Source: an uncultured virus (IMG/VR IMGVR_UViG_3300046517_001837) (lineage: Duplodnaviria > Heunggongvirae > Uroviricota > Caudoviricetes). From it: a DNA stretch of 64,000 nucleotides. The notes beneath the pieces are model-generated. The model saw nothing but the letters and a program-made list of their open reading frames with translations. It had not been told where the DNA came from and made no database searches. The position numbers and the translations under genes were made by a program. The DNA is taken from IMG/VR virus record IMGVR_UViG_3300046517_001837; one strand, given 5' to 3'. This document shows positions 30,054 to 40,005 of the stretch, one piece after another (within the stretch, counting starts at the first letter, position 1; each line of letters opens with the position of its first letter).

Positions 30054-30761
30054 CTATGCGAACGCTTGAAGCTCGGCCTGGATCTCTGCCGGCGACATGA
30101 ACGGGAAGCGATAGCGCAGGGTGCCCTTGGGATCGCGCAGCGCGCGCGACCAGCGCCTGAAGAAGGGGCTCTTTCCTGGATCCGGGTCGACGTACCACTC
30201 ACCGCCTTTCCCGCCCAGGCCGGGCAGGAAGCGGCGCACGTTGGGGTTCTCGGTGCAGTGCCCGCGCGTCGTGTGCCCCATGACCGAGACTCGCAAGCCG
30301 TGCTGCTCGCATGCGTCGCGCAGCGCGTCAGCGAAGCCGCCATCCCCGCCAGGCCCTGGCAAGCGCTCGTCCTTGGTGTCTTCGTCTTCGTCGCGCCCCG
30401 TGTCGCAGGCGTAGAGCAGCACCCAGCCGTCAGGCTTCATGTGCAGGGCCAAGAGCTCGGCCAGCTCGCCGACGTTGCCGAGCAGGTATCCCGCCTGCAC
30501 TCCGCGCCGAAATCCGTGGCAGAACATCGCTAGCGTGTCGATCGGCATGCGCAGCGCGCGCAGCGCAGCGTTGCACGTTGCCCGCCGCCCTGCGTAGTCG
30601 AGCCGCGGATCGAAGTACTTCACGACCGCCGCGGGGTCGTAGCCGTAGAAGCTCGCGAACGCGCGCGCCTCGGGGATGAAGGCGCCCGTCGCGTCAGACG
30701 TGCCAGGCGTGTTCGCACCCGGTGCCAGGCATAGGATCCCGTGCTGTAGCGCTCCGACCAT
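30054..30761 (-). CDS. Putative caspase-hemoglobinase-fold (C80/DUF4347-like) cysteine peptidase
   Basis: 'LAMFCHG' and 'VLLYACDTG' His-Gly/Ala-Cys dyad motifs. Confidence 0.5.
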   Translation of the reverse strand: MVGALQHGILCLAPGANTPGTSDATGAFIPEARAFASFYGYDPAAVVKYFDPRLDYAGRRATCNAALRALRMPIDTLAMFCHGFRRGVQAGYLLGNVGELAELLALHMKPDGWVLLYACDTGRDEDEDTKDERLPGPGGDGGFADALRDACEQHGLRVSVMGHTTRGHCTENPNVRRFLPGLGGKGGEWYVDPDPGKSPFFRRWSRALRDPKGTLRYRFPFMSPAEIQAELQAFA

Positions 30762-30774
30762 GGGAGCGAGCCTA

Positions 30775-32586
30775 CTACATGGCGTAGGAGATCGTCTTGA
30801 AGGCCAGCTGGGGCGTGTTGACGATGGCCAGGGCGTTCCAAGACAGCGCGCCGCCTGATTGCTGCGCTGCGATATCCACCACGTTCGCTTGGCTGAACGT
30901 CACGCCGGTTGGAAACTCGACCGTCGCTAGCGATTGCCCTGCGCCGATGATCTCGTAAGCCGCGATCCCCACGTCGGGCGTCTCGAGCCGCACCGCGACC
31001 TGCGACAGCGGCGCGTCGGCGCCCTCGTTCGAAACCGACGACTTGATCGCGATGTGCTGCCCGGCGGTCATGCGCTTGATCAGGCTGAGGCTCAGGTGCA
31101 CACCCTCGGTCGTCGCCGCCGTAAAGCGCGTGCCGGCGGCCGTCGATTCCTTCACACCGTTGACCCACGCTTCGAAGCCCACGAGCGACGGGTTAGTAAC
31201 GTCTGTCACGGTGAAAAAGCCATAGGCGTCGATCCGATAGACGCCGTCATTCGGGACCACGATCTCCTTGGTGGAGAGCGTGTAGCCCCCTTCTTGCTCG
31301 ACCAGCGTCAGGTCGAAGTCAGCGCCCGCGGCAACTGCCGCCCCGCCGATCGTGTAGCGCCCATAGACGTCGGCCGGATTGTCGACGTCCTGCATTTGCG
31401 CGTGGATGGTCAGTAGCCGCGCATTGACCGGCGCCTGGTCGTAGATCGTCGTGCCGCCCAAGGTCATCAGCGGCGCCGTCGGCGCGGGCGTGATGAAGCG
31501 ATCGCTCCCAAACACGGTCACGCGATCGTGCGTGCACATCGCGCCCTGAAAGGCCGTGTTCACGTTGTTGCGCTTGATGGCGCCGAAGCACACCGCGCCG
31601 CCTGCTGCGATCGTGTAGTTGTTGAAGGGCGCCGGCAGGTTGAGCGTGTTGCTGTTCAAGCGCCCCGTCGGGACGACCTTCGACACCACCACCAAGCCCT
31701 GCTGGTTGAGCTGCTGCGCGACGCGCGGCGCAATGCGCGCGCTGCCCGCGAAAGGCCACGCGCAGAGGTAGAGGTAATACCAGCCGTTCGCAGCGGCGGC
31801 GCTCGCGGTCGGGTCGAGGAAGCGCGCGTTGAGCGGGTCGACCGTGCCCTGCGCCCACAGCGTGTTGCCGTTGGGGCCCACCACCTTCGTATCGACGTTC
31901 ACCGTGGTCGCCGCGGTGCTGAAAACGTCCGTGCTCCACAGGTTTCGCAGGAACGTCCCGCGCGCATCGTCGTTGCGGAAAGCTGACGCGAACGGACGCA
32001 GGTCCACGATCTGCGAGGCAGATACCGCGCCGCCGCCGGCAGGGCGGAACACGGCACAGATCACCAAGCGGCTCGCATTGATCGGGATGTTCGTTGCCGA
32101 GCCTGCCAACACCGCGAAGGTCATCCCCTGCCGAATGCGCTTCACGACGTTCGTGGGGTCCCACTGCGTGTTGGGCGGATCCCAGATATCGCGCGAAACG
32201 GGTGCGTCGCTTGCCTCGACCACCGTGGCCACCACCACGTACCAGGTATCAGACACGGGCGCCGGCATGGTGACGGTCTGCGCGGTCGCCAGGCGCGCGA
32301 GCATGCGCTGGGTGGTCGGGCGGTCGGTCTGCGCGCCCGAGTCCGGGATCACGCAGATCCCAGGTGCGATCGAGATGTTCGACGCGTTCGGCGTCGCCTG
32401 AAGCCCCGTCAGCACCACCGGGTCGAGCACGTCAGCTGGGATGGAAGACGTGGCGCTCGTGCGCGTGGCGACCGCCGCGGCCGCGGCATCGTCAGCCCAT
32501 GCGCCTGCAATGTCTTGCAGCACATTCAGATCGTCTGATCTGTACCGTTCGTTGAGATAGAAAGGGACCTTGTCCAACGTCGTCAT
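30775..32586 (-). CDS. Tail fibre/baseplate-associated protein
   Basis: 603 aa, distal to the baseplate genes; paralogous to 32590..34002. Confidence 0.6.
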   Translation of the reverse strand: MTTLDKVPFYLNERYRSDDLNVLQDIAGAWADDAAAAAVATRTSATSSIPADVLDPVVLTGLQATPNASNISIAPGICVIPDSGAQTDRPTTQRMLARLATAQTVTMPAPVSDTWYVVVATVVEASDAPVSRDIWDPPNTQWDPTNVVKRIRQGMTFAVLAGSATNIPINASRLVICAVFRPAGGGAVSASQIVDLRPFASAFRNDDARGTFLRNLWSTDVFSTAATTVNVDTKVVGPNGNTLWAQGTVDPLNARFLDPTASAAAANGWYYLYLCAWPFAGSARIAPRVAQQLNQQGLVVVSKVVPTGRLNSNTLNLPAPFNNYTIAAGGAVCFGAIKRNNVNTAFQGAMCTHDRVTVFGSDRFITPAPTAPLMTLGGTTIYDQAPVNARLLTIHAQMQDVDNPADVYGRYTIGGAAVAAGADFDLTLVEQEGGYTLSTKEIVVPNDGVYRIDAYGFFTVTDVTNPSLVGFEAWVNGVKESTAAGTRFTAATTEGVHLSLSLIKRMTAGQHIAIKSSVSNEGADAPLSQVAVRLETPDVGIAAYEIIGAGQSLATVEFPTGVTFSQANVVDIAAQQSGGALSWNALAIVNTPQLAFKTISYAM

Positions 32587-32589
32587 GGC

Positions 32590-34002
32590 TTAGATCTCCA
32601 TCTCGTAGATATCGCAGTAGGTGAAACCCGGATCCGATGCGCACCAGATCTGCGTGACGGGCACGCCGCGGCAATCGAAGTAGGTGGTGATCTGGTTGAG
32701 CGTCGCGTTCTCGCGCGAAAGCGTCCAATGCATTTGCCGCGTGGGGGACACGTTCGGCCACTGCACCTTCAGCACCACGCCGCCGGGCGAGACGCCGTCG
32801 CACTTCGCGCGCGGCACAAAACCACGCGCGTTCTTGGGCAGGATCGCCGCCGTCAAAAACGCAGCCGGGCCAAAGAGCGACGCCACCGAGAAGGGAAGCT
32901 CGAGCGAGCGCACGCGGCCGTTGCTCACGGACATGCCGCGGAAGCCGAGCCCCGCGGCGTTCGAAGGATCCGAAGCCAGCGCGCCGATGCATACCGCTTC
33001 GCCAATCGGCACGGGCACCGTAGCCCACGGGCTCGGGAGCGTGATCGGCGCGCTGTTGTCGCGTCGACCTTGCACGCTGGGCGCCACATCCGAGACCACC
33101 AGGATCCCCTGACTGGTCACGCCTGCGTAGGCGCCGCGCGGCGTGTACTTGCTGCCCCAGCGGCACAGGTAGAGGTAAAACCAGGTCGAGTTGGTAAGCG
33201 AAAGGCCCGGCGAAAAGAGCGCCGTCAGGTCCATCTCGCTCGTGTCCGACGTCGCGCGCGCGAACATGCGTCGGCCGCCGCGGTCGTACAGGTCCACATC
33301 CACGCTCATCAGGAACGAGCTCGGCACGTCGGTTGGGAAACCGAACCGGCTTCGCAGGTTGTGCGTGAGCATGATCTCTTCGCCGTCGCTCGAAGCCGCC
33401 TGATCGCCAGCGAGCGGGCGCATGTCGCAGACGTCGGCCGGATCGGTCGCGCCGTTCGAGCGCGAGAAGACCGCCGCGATCGGAACCCAGCCCACGTCAG
33501 GAAGCGGCACGTCCACGCCCCCCGCCAGGGCCTGAAACTCGATCACGTTCTCGCGCACCGTCATGATCGACACGTCGAACGAGCTCGTGGTGGGGTTCCA
33601 GAAGAGCCGGTTGACGGCGGTGTCGACCTCACCGCAACGCGCCTCGATCAGGTACCAGGTGTCGCCACCGAGCACGGGCACCGCCACGCTTTCGACATGC
33701 GCCAGGCGCGCGAGCAGTGACTGGCTATCGTCGATGCCTGGCTGCGTTCCGGCGCCGCTGATCCACACCGCTTGCAGAAGCGCGCCGGGCTGCACATCCA
33801 CGCCCGCCGCCGTGCGCGCCATGGTGAGCCCGCCGATCACGACGTCGCGCAGCGCTTCCGCGCCCGTGCCCGAGAGATCGCGATTGAGCGAGTAGCGCAT
33901 GGCATCGAGCACCGTGCGCGCGCCGAGCCCGGGAACGTTATTGAGGTCGGTGCTCGTGAGCTGCTCAAGCAGTCCGAATAGGGGGCGATCGAGTCCTGAC
34001 AT
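32590..34002 (-). CDS. Tail fibre/baseplate-associated protein (paralog)
   Basis: Shares 'DTWY', 'WFYLYLC' and 'QGILVVS' with the downstream gene. Confidence 0.6.
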   Translation of the reverse strand: MSGLDRPLFGLLEQLTSTDLNNVPGLGARTVLDAMRYSLNRDLSGTGAEALRDVVIGGLTMARTAAGVDVQPGALLQAVWISGAGTQPGIDDSQSLLARLAHVESVAVPVLGGDTWYLIEARCGEVDTAVNRLFWNPTTSSFDVSIMTVRENVIEFQALAGGVDVPLPDVGWVPIAAVFSRSNGATDPADVCDMRPLAGDQAASSDGEEIMLTHNLRSRFGFPTDVPSSFLMSVDVDLYDRGGRRMFARATSDTSEMDLTALFSPGLSLTNSTWFYLYLCRWGSKYTPRGAYAGVTSQGILVVSDVAPSVQGRRDNSAPITLPSPWATVPVPIGEAVCIGALASDPSNAAGLGFRGMSVSNGRVRSLELPFSVASLFGPAAFLTAAILPKNARGFVPRAKCDGVSPGGVVLKVQWPNVSPTRQMHWTLSRENATLNQITTYFDCRGVPVTQIWCASDPGFTYCDIYEMEI

Positions 34003-34014
34003 GGTGGGGAGCTC

Positions 34015-35313
34015 CTACAAACAGGGGTCTTGCATCAGTTTCCAGGCCACGCCGAAGCCCTTTTTCGATTGGATCTCGTCATACAGCGTCTGCATCAGCC
34101 GGTTGTAGATGACCGGGCCACCGTCGCCGGGCTGGCTCGCGCTGTCGTAGGCGTTGATCCCAGCGTTCATGGCGTCGAGTGGAAGCCCGTATGCGCCGAG
34201 ATTCCGATTCACGCCGACCAGCACCACAAAAAACCGCTTCGAGGCGTTCTCGGTGAGTAGCAGGCTGCCAAACCAAGGATCGAGCGGATCGCACAGGCTG
34301 CCAACGTCGAGCGGCGAGTGATCGAGGATGAAGCCCGGGATCCCCTCGCGTGTCTCAAGGATCCTGTACGGAATGCCGTAGGGCGTCAGGATGCGCGCCA
34401 CCGTGCGCTCGATGGCTGCCGGCGAGATGGTGTCCGGGAGATCGCTCAGCCGGTAGCGATAGTCTGGGTCGCCCTCGCCGAAGGCGCGTCCCATTTGCCG
34501 CTCGCGCCCGATCGCGTCGAGCGTGCCGTGACGCCCGGTCGTGAAGGCCTCGGGTTGCTCGATGCTGAGCCCGAAGTCCGACCACTCGAGCACATCCACC
34601 CGGATCACCCCGGGCGTGAGCGCTGCGCCTTCGACGACGATCGAGCCGAGCAGCGCGCTACCGCTTTGCACCTGCCCGTAAGACAGCACCCGGCGCACCT
34701 CGCCCAGGTCCGTGCCCGTCGTCACGCGCACGTAGCGCCCCACCAGGCCCTCCCAGAACACGTCAGGGTCGCCTGTGTCGGTGAGCTTGTTTCCGGCGCT
34801 GACGGTGCACGCAACGTCGGCGCGGCCCTCATCGGCCATGCGGACGAACGTCCCCGCCGGCAGGTTCCCTTGGTCGCCAGGGCGCGTCGCGATCGCCGTG
34901 GCATCGATGGGGCCGAGCTCGCCGGCAGCAAAGGTCACGTCGGCCGCGAGCACGAAGTCTTGCAGGGTTGCCGGCTGACCCGTGCTGTCGAGCGTCGAGT
35001 GCGCCAGCTTCTTTCCAGCGCCCACCACGAGCTCAAGGGCGGCCGAGGCGGTGCGCCGTAGCCGCACCAAGCCGGATGCCTTCACGGGGCCGCTGGCCGG
35101 GTCATCGGATTGCGTCGAGCTCGGCAGCAGCATGTAGCCCTGCGTGTTGCGCCGCACCGCCGAGCTCGCGCGCGCCTGGATCTCGGCCGCGCCGGCCACC
35201 GTATCCCAGCCTACCCCGTCGCTGTTGTTCTCGAGCTCATCGGCGTAGTTCGGGTCGGATGCGTGCCGAAAGGTCGCTTCCAGGTCGGCCTTCGTGCGGA
35301 TCCTGTCCGTCAC
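34015..35313 (-). CDS. Baseplate wedge protein
   Basis: 'LDAIGRERQMGRAFGEGDPDYRYRL' motif of gpI/J-associated wedge proteins; position. Confidence 0.65.
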   Translation of the reverse strand: MTDRIRTKADLEATFRHASDPNYADELENNSDGVGWDTVAGAAEIQARASSAVRRNTQGYMLLPSSTQSDDPASGPVKASGLVRLRRTASAALELVVGAGKKLAHSTLDSTGQPATLQDFVLAADVTFAAGELGPIDATAIATRPGDQGNLPAGTFVRMADEGRADVACTVSAGNKLTDTGDPDVFWEGLVGRYVRVTTGTDLGEVRRVLSYGQVQSGSALLGSIVVEGAALTPGVIRVDVLEWSDFGLSIEQPEAFTTGRHGTLDAIGRERQMGRAFGEGDPDYRYRLSDLPDTISPAAIERTVARILTPYGIPYRILETREGIPGFILDHSPLDVGSLCDPLDPWFGSLLLTENASKRFFVVLVGVNRNLGAYGLPLDAMNAGINAYDSASQPGDGGPVIYNRLMQTLYDEIQSKKGFGVAWKLMQDPCL

Positions 35314-36440
35314 ACCGTCACCTGTGTTACGCGCTCGAGCGTCGTGCGCAGCGCGCGGCTTTTGCCGCTTGGGTAGATGTCGCCCAATGGGTTCGCCACG
35401 AAGTCGTCAAGCACGATCAGCCCCGGCACGCGGCGCCCGATCGAAAAGAGCAGCGAGCGCTCGAGCGGTCGACCAGGCGGCGTCTGAGCCACCAGCGCCA
35501 CCGTTCCGAAGCGCAGCTGATCGAAGGCGAGCTGCTGATCGGTGCCCGCGACAAAGCGCAATCGGTATTGGATCGAGACGTATTCGGGCACCGCGCCGAT
35601 CACGAACGGCGGGATCCCGCAGCAGCGATATTCGAGCAAGGCATCCTTGACCTTGCGCACGAGCGCGGCGTTTGCCTGGCCGTTCACGTCGGCGATGTAG
35701 ATGAAAATGAAGCCCGTGGGGTCGCCCAGGTCGTCAAGTTGCTCTTCGACGGTGGCGAGCACGATCCCATCGACGCTCACGGTGCCGAACAGGATCGCAG
35801 GCCCCGTGCCGCGTCGTGCAGCCAGGAAGAACGCGCGGCCGCGCTCGCGATAGCTCGATGCCGTCTCGTCGTCGATGCCGCCTGTGGCGGGACCGTCGTT
35901 CGTGATCCGCATGTTCTGGTCGACCGGATCTTCAAACTGCGTGATCTGACCGGCAGCCACGTTTCCGGCCGTGCCGGCGAGCACTGCGCGCACGGTCGCG
36001 GTCGCCGGTCCCACCGCGTTCTGCGCAAATGTCAGATCCGACATAAACTCGAACTCGATGCCGGTGGCCGTGCGCACCTTGTCGCCGGCGGAATAGACCA
36101 CGGGCGGGAGCGTGCCGACAGCGCGGTAGATCGTCACGATCGCCAGCGCGGGCGACGCGCGCTTGCGCGTGAGCTCGCGCGAGTAGCGGTCCGGTAGCAG
36201 CCGCTCGAGCCCACCCAAGCTCGCTGAATCCAGGTAGAGATCCTTCACGTCGAGCGTGTGCTGGCGCATGACCTCTTCGGCCATGGCCGAGCCGCCTGCG
36301 AGCAGCAGATTCACGTCCGTGCCGGGCGTGTAGATCGCCTGGGGAGATACGCGCTTTCCAGGCGCGCGCGCCTCGCTGCGCGCGACGACTTCGCGCGCGG
36401 CTGCGTCAAAAAAGTCTGTGCGAGTGGGCAGGTCCGCCAT
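35310..36440 (-). CDS. Baseplate J-like protein
   Basis: 'VRAVLAGTAGNVAAGQI...ATGGIDDETASSYRER' signature. Confidence 0.88.
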   Translation of the reverse strand: MADLPTRTDFFDAAAREVVARSEARAPGKRVSPQAIYTPGTDVNLLLAGGSAMAEEVMRQHTLDVKDLYLDSASLGGLERLLPDRYSRELTRKRASPALAIVTIYRAVGTLPPVVYSAGDKVRTATGIEFEFMSDLTFAQNAVGPATATVRAVLAGTAGNVAAGQITQFEDPVDQNMRITNDGPATGGIDDETASSYRERGRAFFLAARRGTGPAILFGTVSVDGIVLATVEEQLDDLGDPTGFIFIYIADVNGQANAALVRKVKDALLEYRCCGIPPFVIGAVPEYVSIQYRLRFVAGTDQQLAFDQLRFGTVALVAQTPPGRPLERSLLFSIGRRVPGLIVLDDFVANPLGDIYPSGKSRALRTTLERVTQVTV

Positions 36441-36460
36441 AGGGCCAGAGCCTACAGCAC

Positions 36461-37354
36461 CTAACCGCCCTTGCCGACCGTGACATTGACGCCGAAGGCG
36501 CCGCTCGAGCACGTGCCGGTGACGCTGAGCAGGAAGACTCCGGGCGCAGGCGAACTGACCGAGACGTCGGCCGTGAGGGTGCCCGGCTCTTGGAAGATCT
36601 GTCCCAGCGCCTGGGCCTGGACGCTGCGAAACGTGCCTGGGCGCATGGGCCCCTTCTCGGGCAGGTTGAGCCCGTAGAGCGGCTTTCCAACGAAGGTGCC
36701 CTGTTTGGTCGTGAGCCGCCGAATGATCCGCTTCTTGTAGTTGGCTAGGCCCGCGTCGTTTTGGTAGTCGCCGTCGGCATCGTATTGGAACGTGCCCAGA
36801 GCCGGCTCGACACCCGGGCCACCGTCGCCAGCGGGCAGGTTTGCGATATCGAAGCTGCGCCGCGTCTCGGGCGTGACGGTGTTCCGCGCCTCGCCGAAGG
36901 TGCGAAACAGCCAGGACCGGTCGGCGAAGCTGCTCGCCTGCGCGATCTGGTCGCTCACGGTCACGATGTAGACCTTACCCGGGCCGTCAAGCGGCGCGTC
37001 GAGTTGCAGGATCACCGTGTTCGCACTCTCGCGCTCGACCCAATACACGAGCGGAATGTGCACTTCGGGGTCGTTGTAGCGAGAGAGCGACCAGCCTCGA
37101 TCGTAGAGCGCGTCGAAGATGGCGCCGCGGTTCTTGACGCTCACGGGGCCCGTGAGCGTGACGCGGATCGTGTTGAGCGTGACTTGCTCGGCGCCGACGA
37201 CAGCTACGCCGCCGCCGGAGCCGCACGTCATGGAGCCGCACGGCCCCGAGCCGCATGCGCCCGAGCCGCTGCCCGTGCCCTCAAGAGTAGGCGTGCCGCC
37301 CGGCACGACGGGCGGTGTGGGAGGCGTGTCGAACTGAAACTGGAAGTCAGTCAT
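36461..37354 (-). CDS. Baseplate wedge gp25/W-like protein with N-terminal extension
   Basis: 'GDYQNDAGLANYKKRIIRRLTTKQG...PLYGL'; directly upstream of baseplate J. Confidence 0.65.
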   Translation of the reverse strand: MTDFQFQFDTPPTPPVVPGGTPTLEGTGSGSGACGSGPCGSMTCGSGGGVAVVGAEQVTLNTIRVTLTGPVSVKNRGAIFDALYDRGWSLSRYNDPEVHIPLVYWVERESANTVILQLDAPLDGPGKVYIVTVSDQIAQASSFADRSWLFRTFGEARNTVTPETRRSFDIANLPAGDGGPGVEPALGTFQYDADGDYQNDAGLANYKKRIIRRLTTKQGTFVGKPLYGLNLPEKGPMRPGTFRSVQAQALGQIFQEPGTLTADVSVSSPAPGVFLLSVTGTCSSGAFGVNVTVGKGG

Positions 37355-38433
37355 GCGACGTTCCCGGCTGCGTCCACAGCCTTGACGCGAAGGAAGGGCC
37401 CAGGGTTGGTTAGCGGCCAGCCGCCATCGCGCTGCACCACGAACGTCCACCGCCCATCCATGCCGACCACGGGGCCCGTGCTGCTGCCATAGAAGGCGCG
37501 GAACTGTTGGCCGTCGTAAACAGGCTCTTCGAGCCCTGGCAGGTAGCAATTGATCATGGCGAACTTCACGGCGCTCGCCGCATCGCCTACCACCACTTGG
37601 ATCGCGGTGCCCTGGTTGATCGGGGTCATCACCACGGGCAGCGTCGAGACCGTCGGCGGGGTCGTGTCTGGTGGCGGCAGCGGCGGCGCGCCGATACGCA
37701 CGAACTGCACGCCTACGAGATAGGTCAAGGTCGTGTTCGATAGGCCGTCGTTGATCCCGAAGAAAAGCCCCGGGTTCGATCGAGCGCCGACCGCGGCCGC
37801 GTTGCCCACCGTCAGCACGCCCGGCTTGGCGGTGAGGTCGCTCGCCGGCATCCCGCTCGAAGTGCGCTGCTCGCTGGTGGCGATGTCGTAGCCGGCGCAA
37901 AAGCCGTTGTAGACGCCCGCAACCCACTGCACGTTGGTGATCAGCCCCGCTGCGCTCGCCCCGACCGCCAAGGACGCCGCGCCCAGCTTGAAGCTCATGG
38001 AGCTTGAGGCGGACCCTGATCCCGACGGGCCCGTCATATAGTCCTTTGCCCGCTGCGCAGCGCGCAGCCCTACGCCGTCGTTTGTCGTGTCGACGATCCC
38101 AACCAGCGGATCAACGACGTTGCCTGGCATGTTGAAGCGCGCGCGCACGAGCATCGGGATCGCCGCGTCGTAGCCAGGCACTTGCGAGAAAGGCAGAAAC
38201 CAGTGCGGAAAGTTGAGGTCGCCGTTACTGCCGATGATCGCGCTACCAGGCCCAGACGTGCGGCGGATCGAGAGCCCGGACCCGTTCACGAGGTTGCGTG
38301 TGTAGACCTGGCTGCTCACCGAAAGGCTGCCTTTGGCGTACCACGTGAGCCCATCGATCGTGTACGCGCCGCTCGCCGTGCAGGTCTGGTTAGCCTGCGC
38401 CGACAGATCGACCGTGTAGAGGACCGTGCTCAC
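37351..38433 (-). CDS. Putative virion structural protein
   Basis: Beta-rich, 'DTTPPTV' Ig-like linker; within the baseplate module. Confidence 0.5.
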   Translation of the reverse strand: MSTVLYTVDLSAQANQTCTASGAYTIDGLTWYAKGSLSVSSQVYTRNLVNGSGLSIRRTSGPGSAIIGSNGDLNFPHWFLPFSQVPGYDAAIPMLVRARFNMPGNVVDPLVGIVDTTNDGVGLRAAQRAKDYMTGPSGSGSASSSMSFKLGAASLAVGASAAGLITNVQWVAGVYNGFCAGYDIATSEQRTSSGMPASDLTAKPGVLTVGNAAAVGARSNPGLFFGINDGLSNTTLTYLVGVQFVRIGAPPLPPPDTTPPTVSTLPVVMTPINQGTAIQVVVGDAASAVKFAMINCYLPGLEEPVYDGQQFRAFYGSSTGPVVGMDGRWTFVVQRDGGWPLTNPGPFLRVKAVDAAGNVA

Positions 38434-38439
38434 GGTGTG

Positions 38440-39249
38440 TTACGCGCCTCCGCCCGCGTAGGCCGCCACGATGTGCCACGTGTCGACGCCATCGCTTTGG
38501 AAGATCGTGGACTGGCCGACCGCCGAAAACACGTAGGTCGCTGAGCCTGCGATGGTGTCGCCGCCCGTTGCGGCCACGATCGGCGTGCCGCTTGTGGAGA
38601 GCGCCGCCACCTGGCCGTTGGCGGAAGCCGCGGCAGAGGGCAGCGAGATCGTGTGCCCGCCGTTCATCAGCACGTGTTGGCCGTACGAGGCTACGTAGTT
38701 GGCGCTCTTCTCATCGGTGAATGCGAGCCCGCCACCACCGCCATTGAACCGGAAGATCAACGTAGCGAACTCGAGCCACCAAGAGACGGTGCGGCCGTCC
38801 ACCCAAGGCCCCGACGCCTCGGCCTGGTTGAAGTCGGTGCGCGCGACCTCGGTGGGCCCGTTCTTGAACAGGGCTGCATCCGGCACGCCCTTTTCGTTCG
38901 GCGCGGGAATGCGGATCGCTGTCGGGCTCTGCTTCACCGCCCAGACCTTGATCGAACGATCTTCGCCCGGCGTGCCCTCATCGGTGATGAGCTCGATCAG
39001 CCAAGAGCCATACACGCCCGGGTCAGGCGAGAAGCTGTACGCGCCGATCCCGTCGGGCTGCAAGCTCGCGACGCTGGTGGTGTCGGGAGTTGGCAAGAGC
39101 CCCACCCAGACGAAGCGAAAGCGGAATGTATCGACGTGATCGAGGCTGGTGAGCGTCACCAGCGAACCGTCAGCGAGCCCGTCGTCTCGTGCCATTCCGG
39201 CCACGCCCGCCGGCGTGCCCACCTGGTCGATCTGCATGATCGCGCTCAT
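38440..39249 (-). CDS. Putative virion structural/fibre protein
   Basis: C-terminal 'TISLPSAAA...GDTIAG...FQSDGVDTWHIV' fibre-like motif. Confidence 0.5.
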   Translation of the reverse strand: MSAIMQIDQVGTPAGVAGMARDDGLADGSLVTLTSLDHVDTFRFRFVWVGLLPTPDTTSVASLQPDGIGAYSFSPDPGVYGSWLIELITDEGTPGEDRSIKVWAVKQSPTAIRIPAPNEKGVPDAALFKNGPTEVARTDFNQAEASGPWVDGRTVSWWLEFATLIFRFNGGGGGLAFTDEKSANYVASYGQHVLMNGGHTISLPSAAASANGQVAALSTSGTPIVAATGGDTIAGSATYVFSAVGQSTIFQSDGVDTWHIVAAYAGGGA

Positions 39250-39258
39250 CCGGTCCCC

Positions 39259-39996
39259 CTACTCACCTTTGATCTTAGTCGACAGGGCTTGGCCCTCGAC
39301 CAAGGTAGCCTTGAACGTCGAGATCGCCGATCGCCAAGTCGCGAGCGACGGCGTCAGCGCATCGAAGAACGCTTTGAGCGGCGCGAGCGGCCCGATGCAG
39401 GCAGAGCTCGCCGCCGTGCTCGCAATCTGCACCGTGTTCGCCATGGTGTCGGTGCTGTCGAGGAAGGTCTTCAGCGCGGTCGTGAAGTCGTTCCCACGCA
39501 CGAAAGCCTGCGTCGGCTCGGCCTCGACCAGCTTGATCACGGGCGCCACCAGGCGCACGGCCTTGAGCTCGATATTTGCCTCATGATCGGGTGCGCCCAG
39601 CAGGAAACTCGAGCCGAACACGTTCGCGACAGACTGCCCGGCCACTGTCGTCGCCGGCTTCGTTTCTGGGCCGATCGCCACCGCCACAATCTGCGGGTCG
39701 ACGTTTAGATCGCCCTCGGGGATGGTCACCACCACCACCGCGCCCACCTTCAGGGGCGCGCTCTGGATCATGCCGGCCCATCCAAAGCTTGGGCACACCG
39801 AGCACGGCACGTCGGTTTCGCCGGCCAACGGGCCGCCCACGATGTCGACCGCGGCTAGCATGCCGCTCTCGGCATCGAAGGCAACATCGGTCACCTTCGC
39901 AAAGCAAACCCACACACGTGGATCAGAGCCGGGCCCGCTCGCTGTCTGCTTGAGCCGGTTCGGGTCGATGCCTTTGAGGGGGCGTTGCCGTCGCAC
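39259..39996 (-). CDS. Baseplate spike (gpV/Gp138-like)
   Basis: OB-fold-like 'PLKVGAVVVVTIPEGD'; follows the hub gene. Confidence 0.65.
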   Translation of the reverse strand: MRRQRPLKGIDPNRLKQTASGPGSDPRVWVCFAKVTDVAFDAESGMLAAVDIVGGPLAGETDVPCSVCPSFGWAGMIQSAPLKVGAVVVVTIPEGDLNVDPQIVAVAIGPETKPATTVAGQSVANVFGSSFLLGAPDHEANIELKAVRLVAPVIKLVEAEPTQAFVRGNDFTTALKTFLDSTDTMANTVQIASTAASSACIGPLAPLKAFFDALTPSLATWRSAISTFKATLVEGQALSTKIKGE

Positions 39997-40005
39997 GGGG
40001 CGAGG

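Noticed and set aside
30775..34002. Diversity-generating retroelement or invertible fibre system
   Set aside because: The paralogs are diverged at DNA level; no reverse transcriptase, invertase or adenine-specific TR/VR pair seen
36461..37927. 488-aa ORF as listed in the track (similarly the long N-termini of TerL, sheath and baseplate J)
   Set aside because: Upstream extensions overlap neighbouring genes; downstream starts with stop/start coupling fit better
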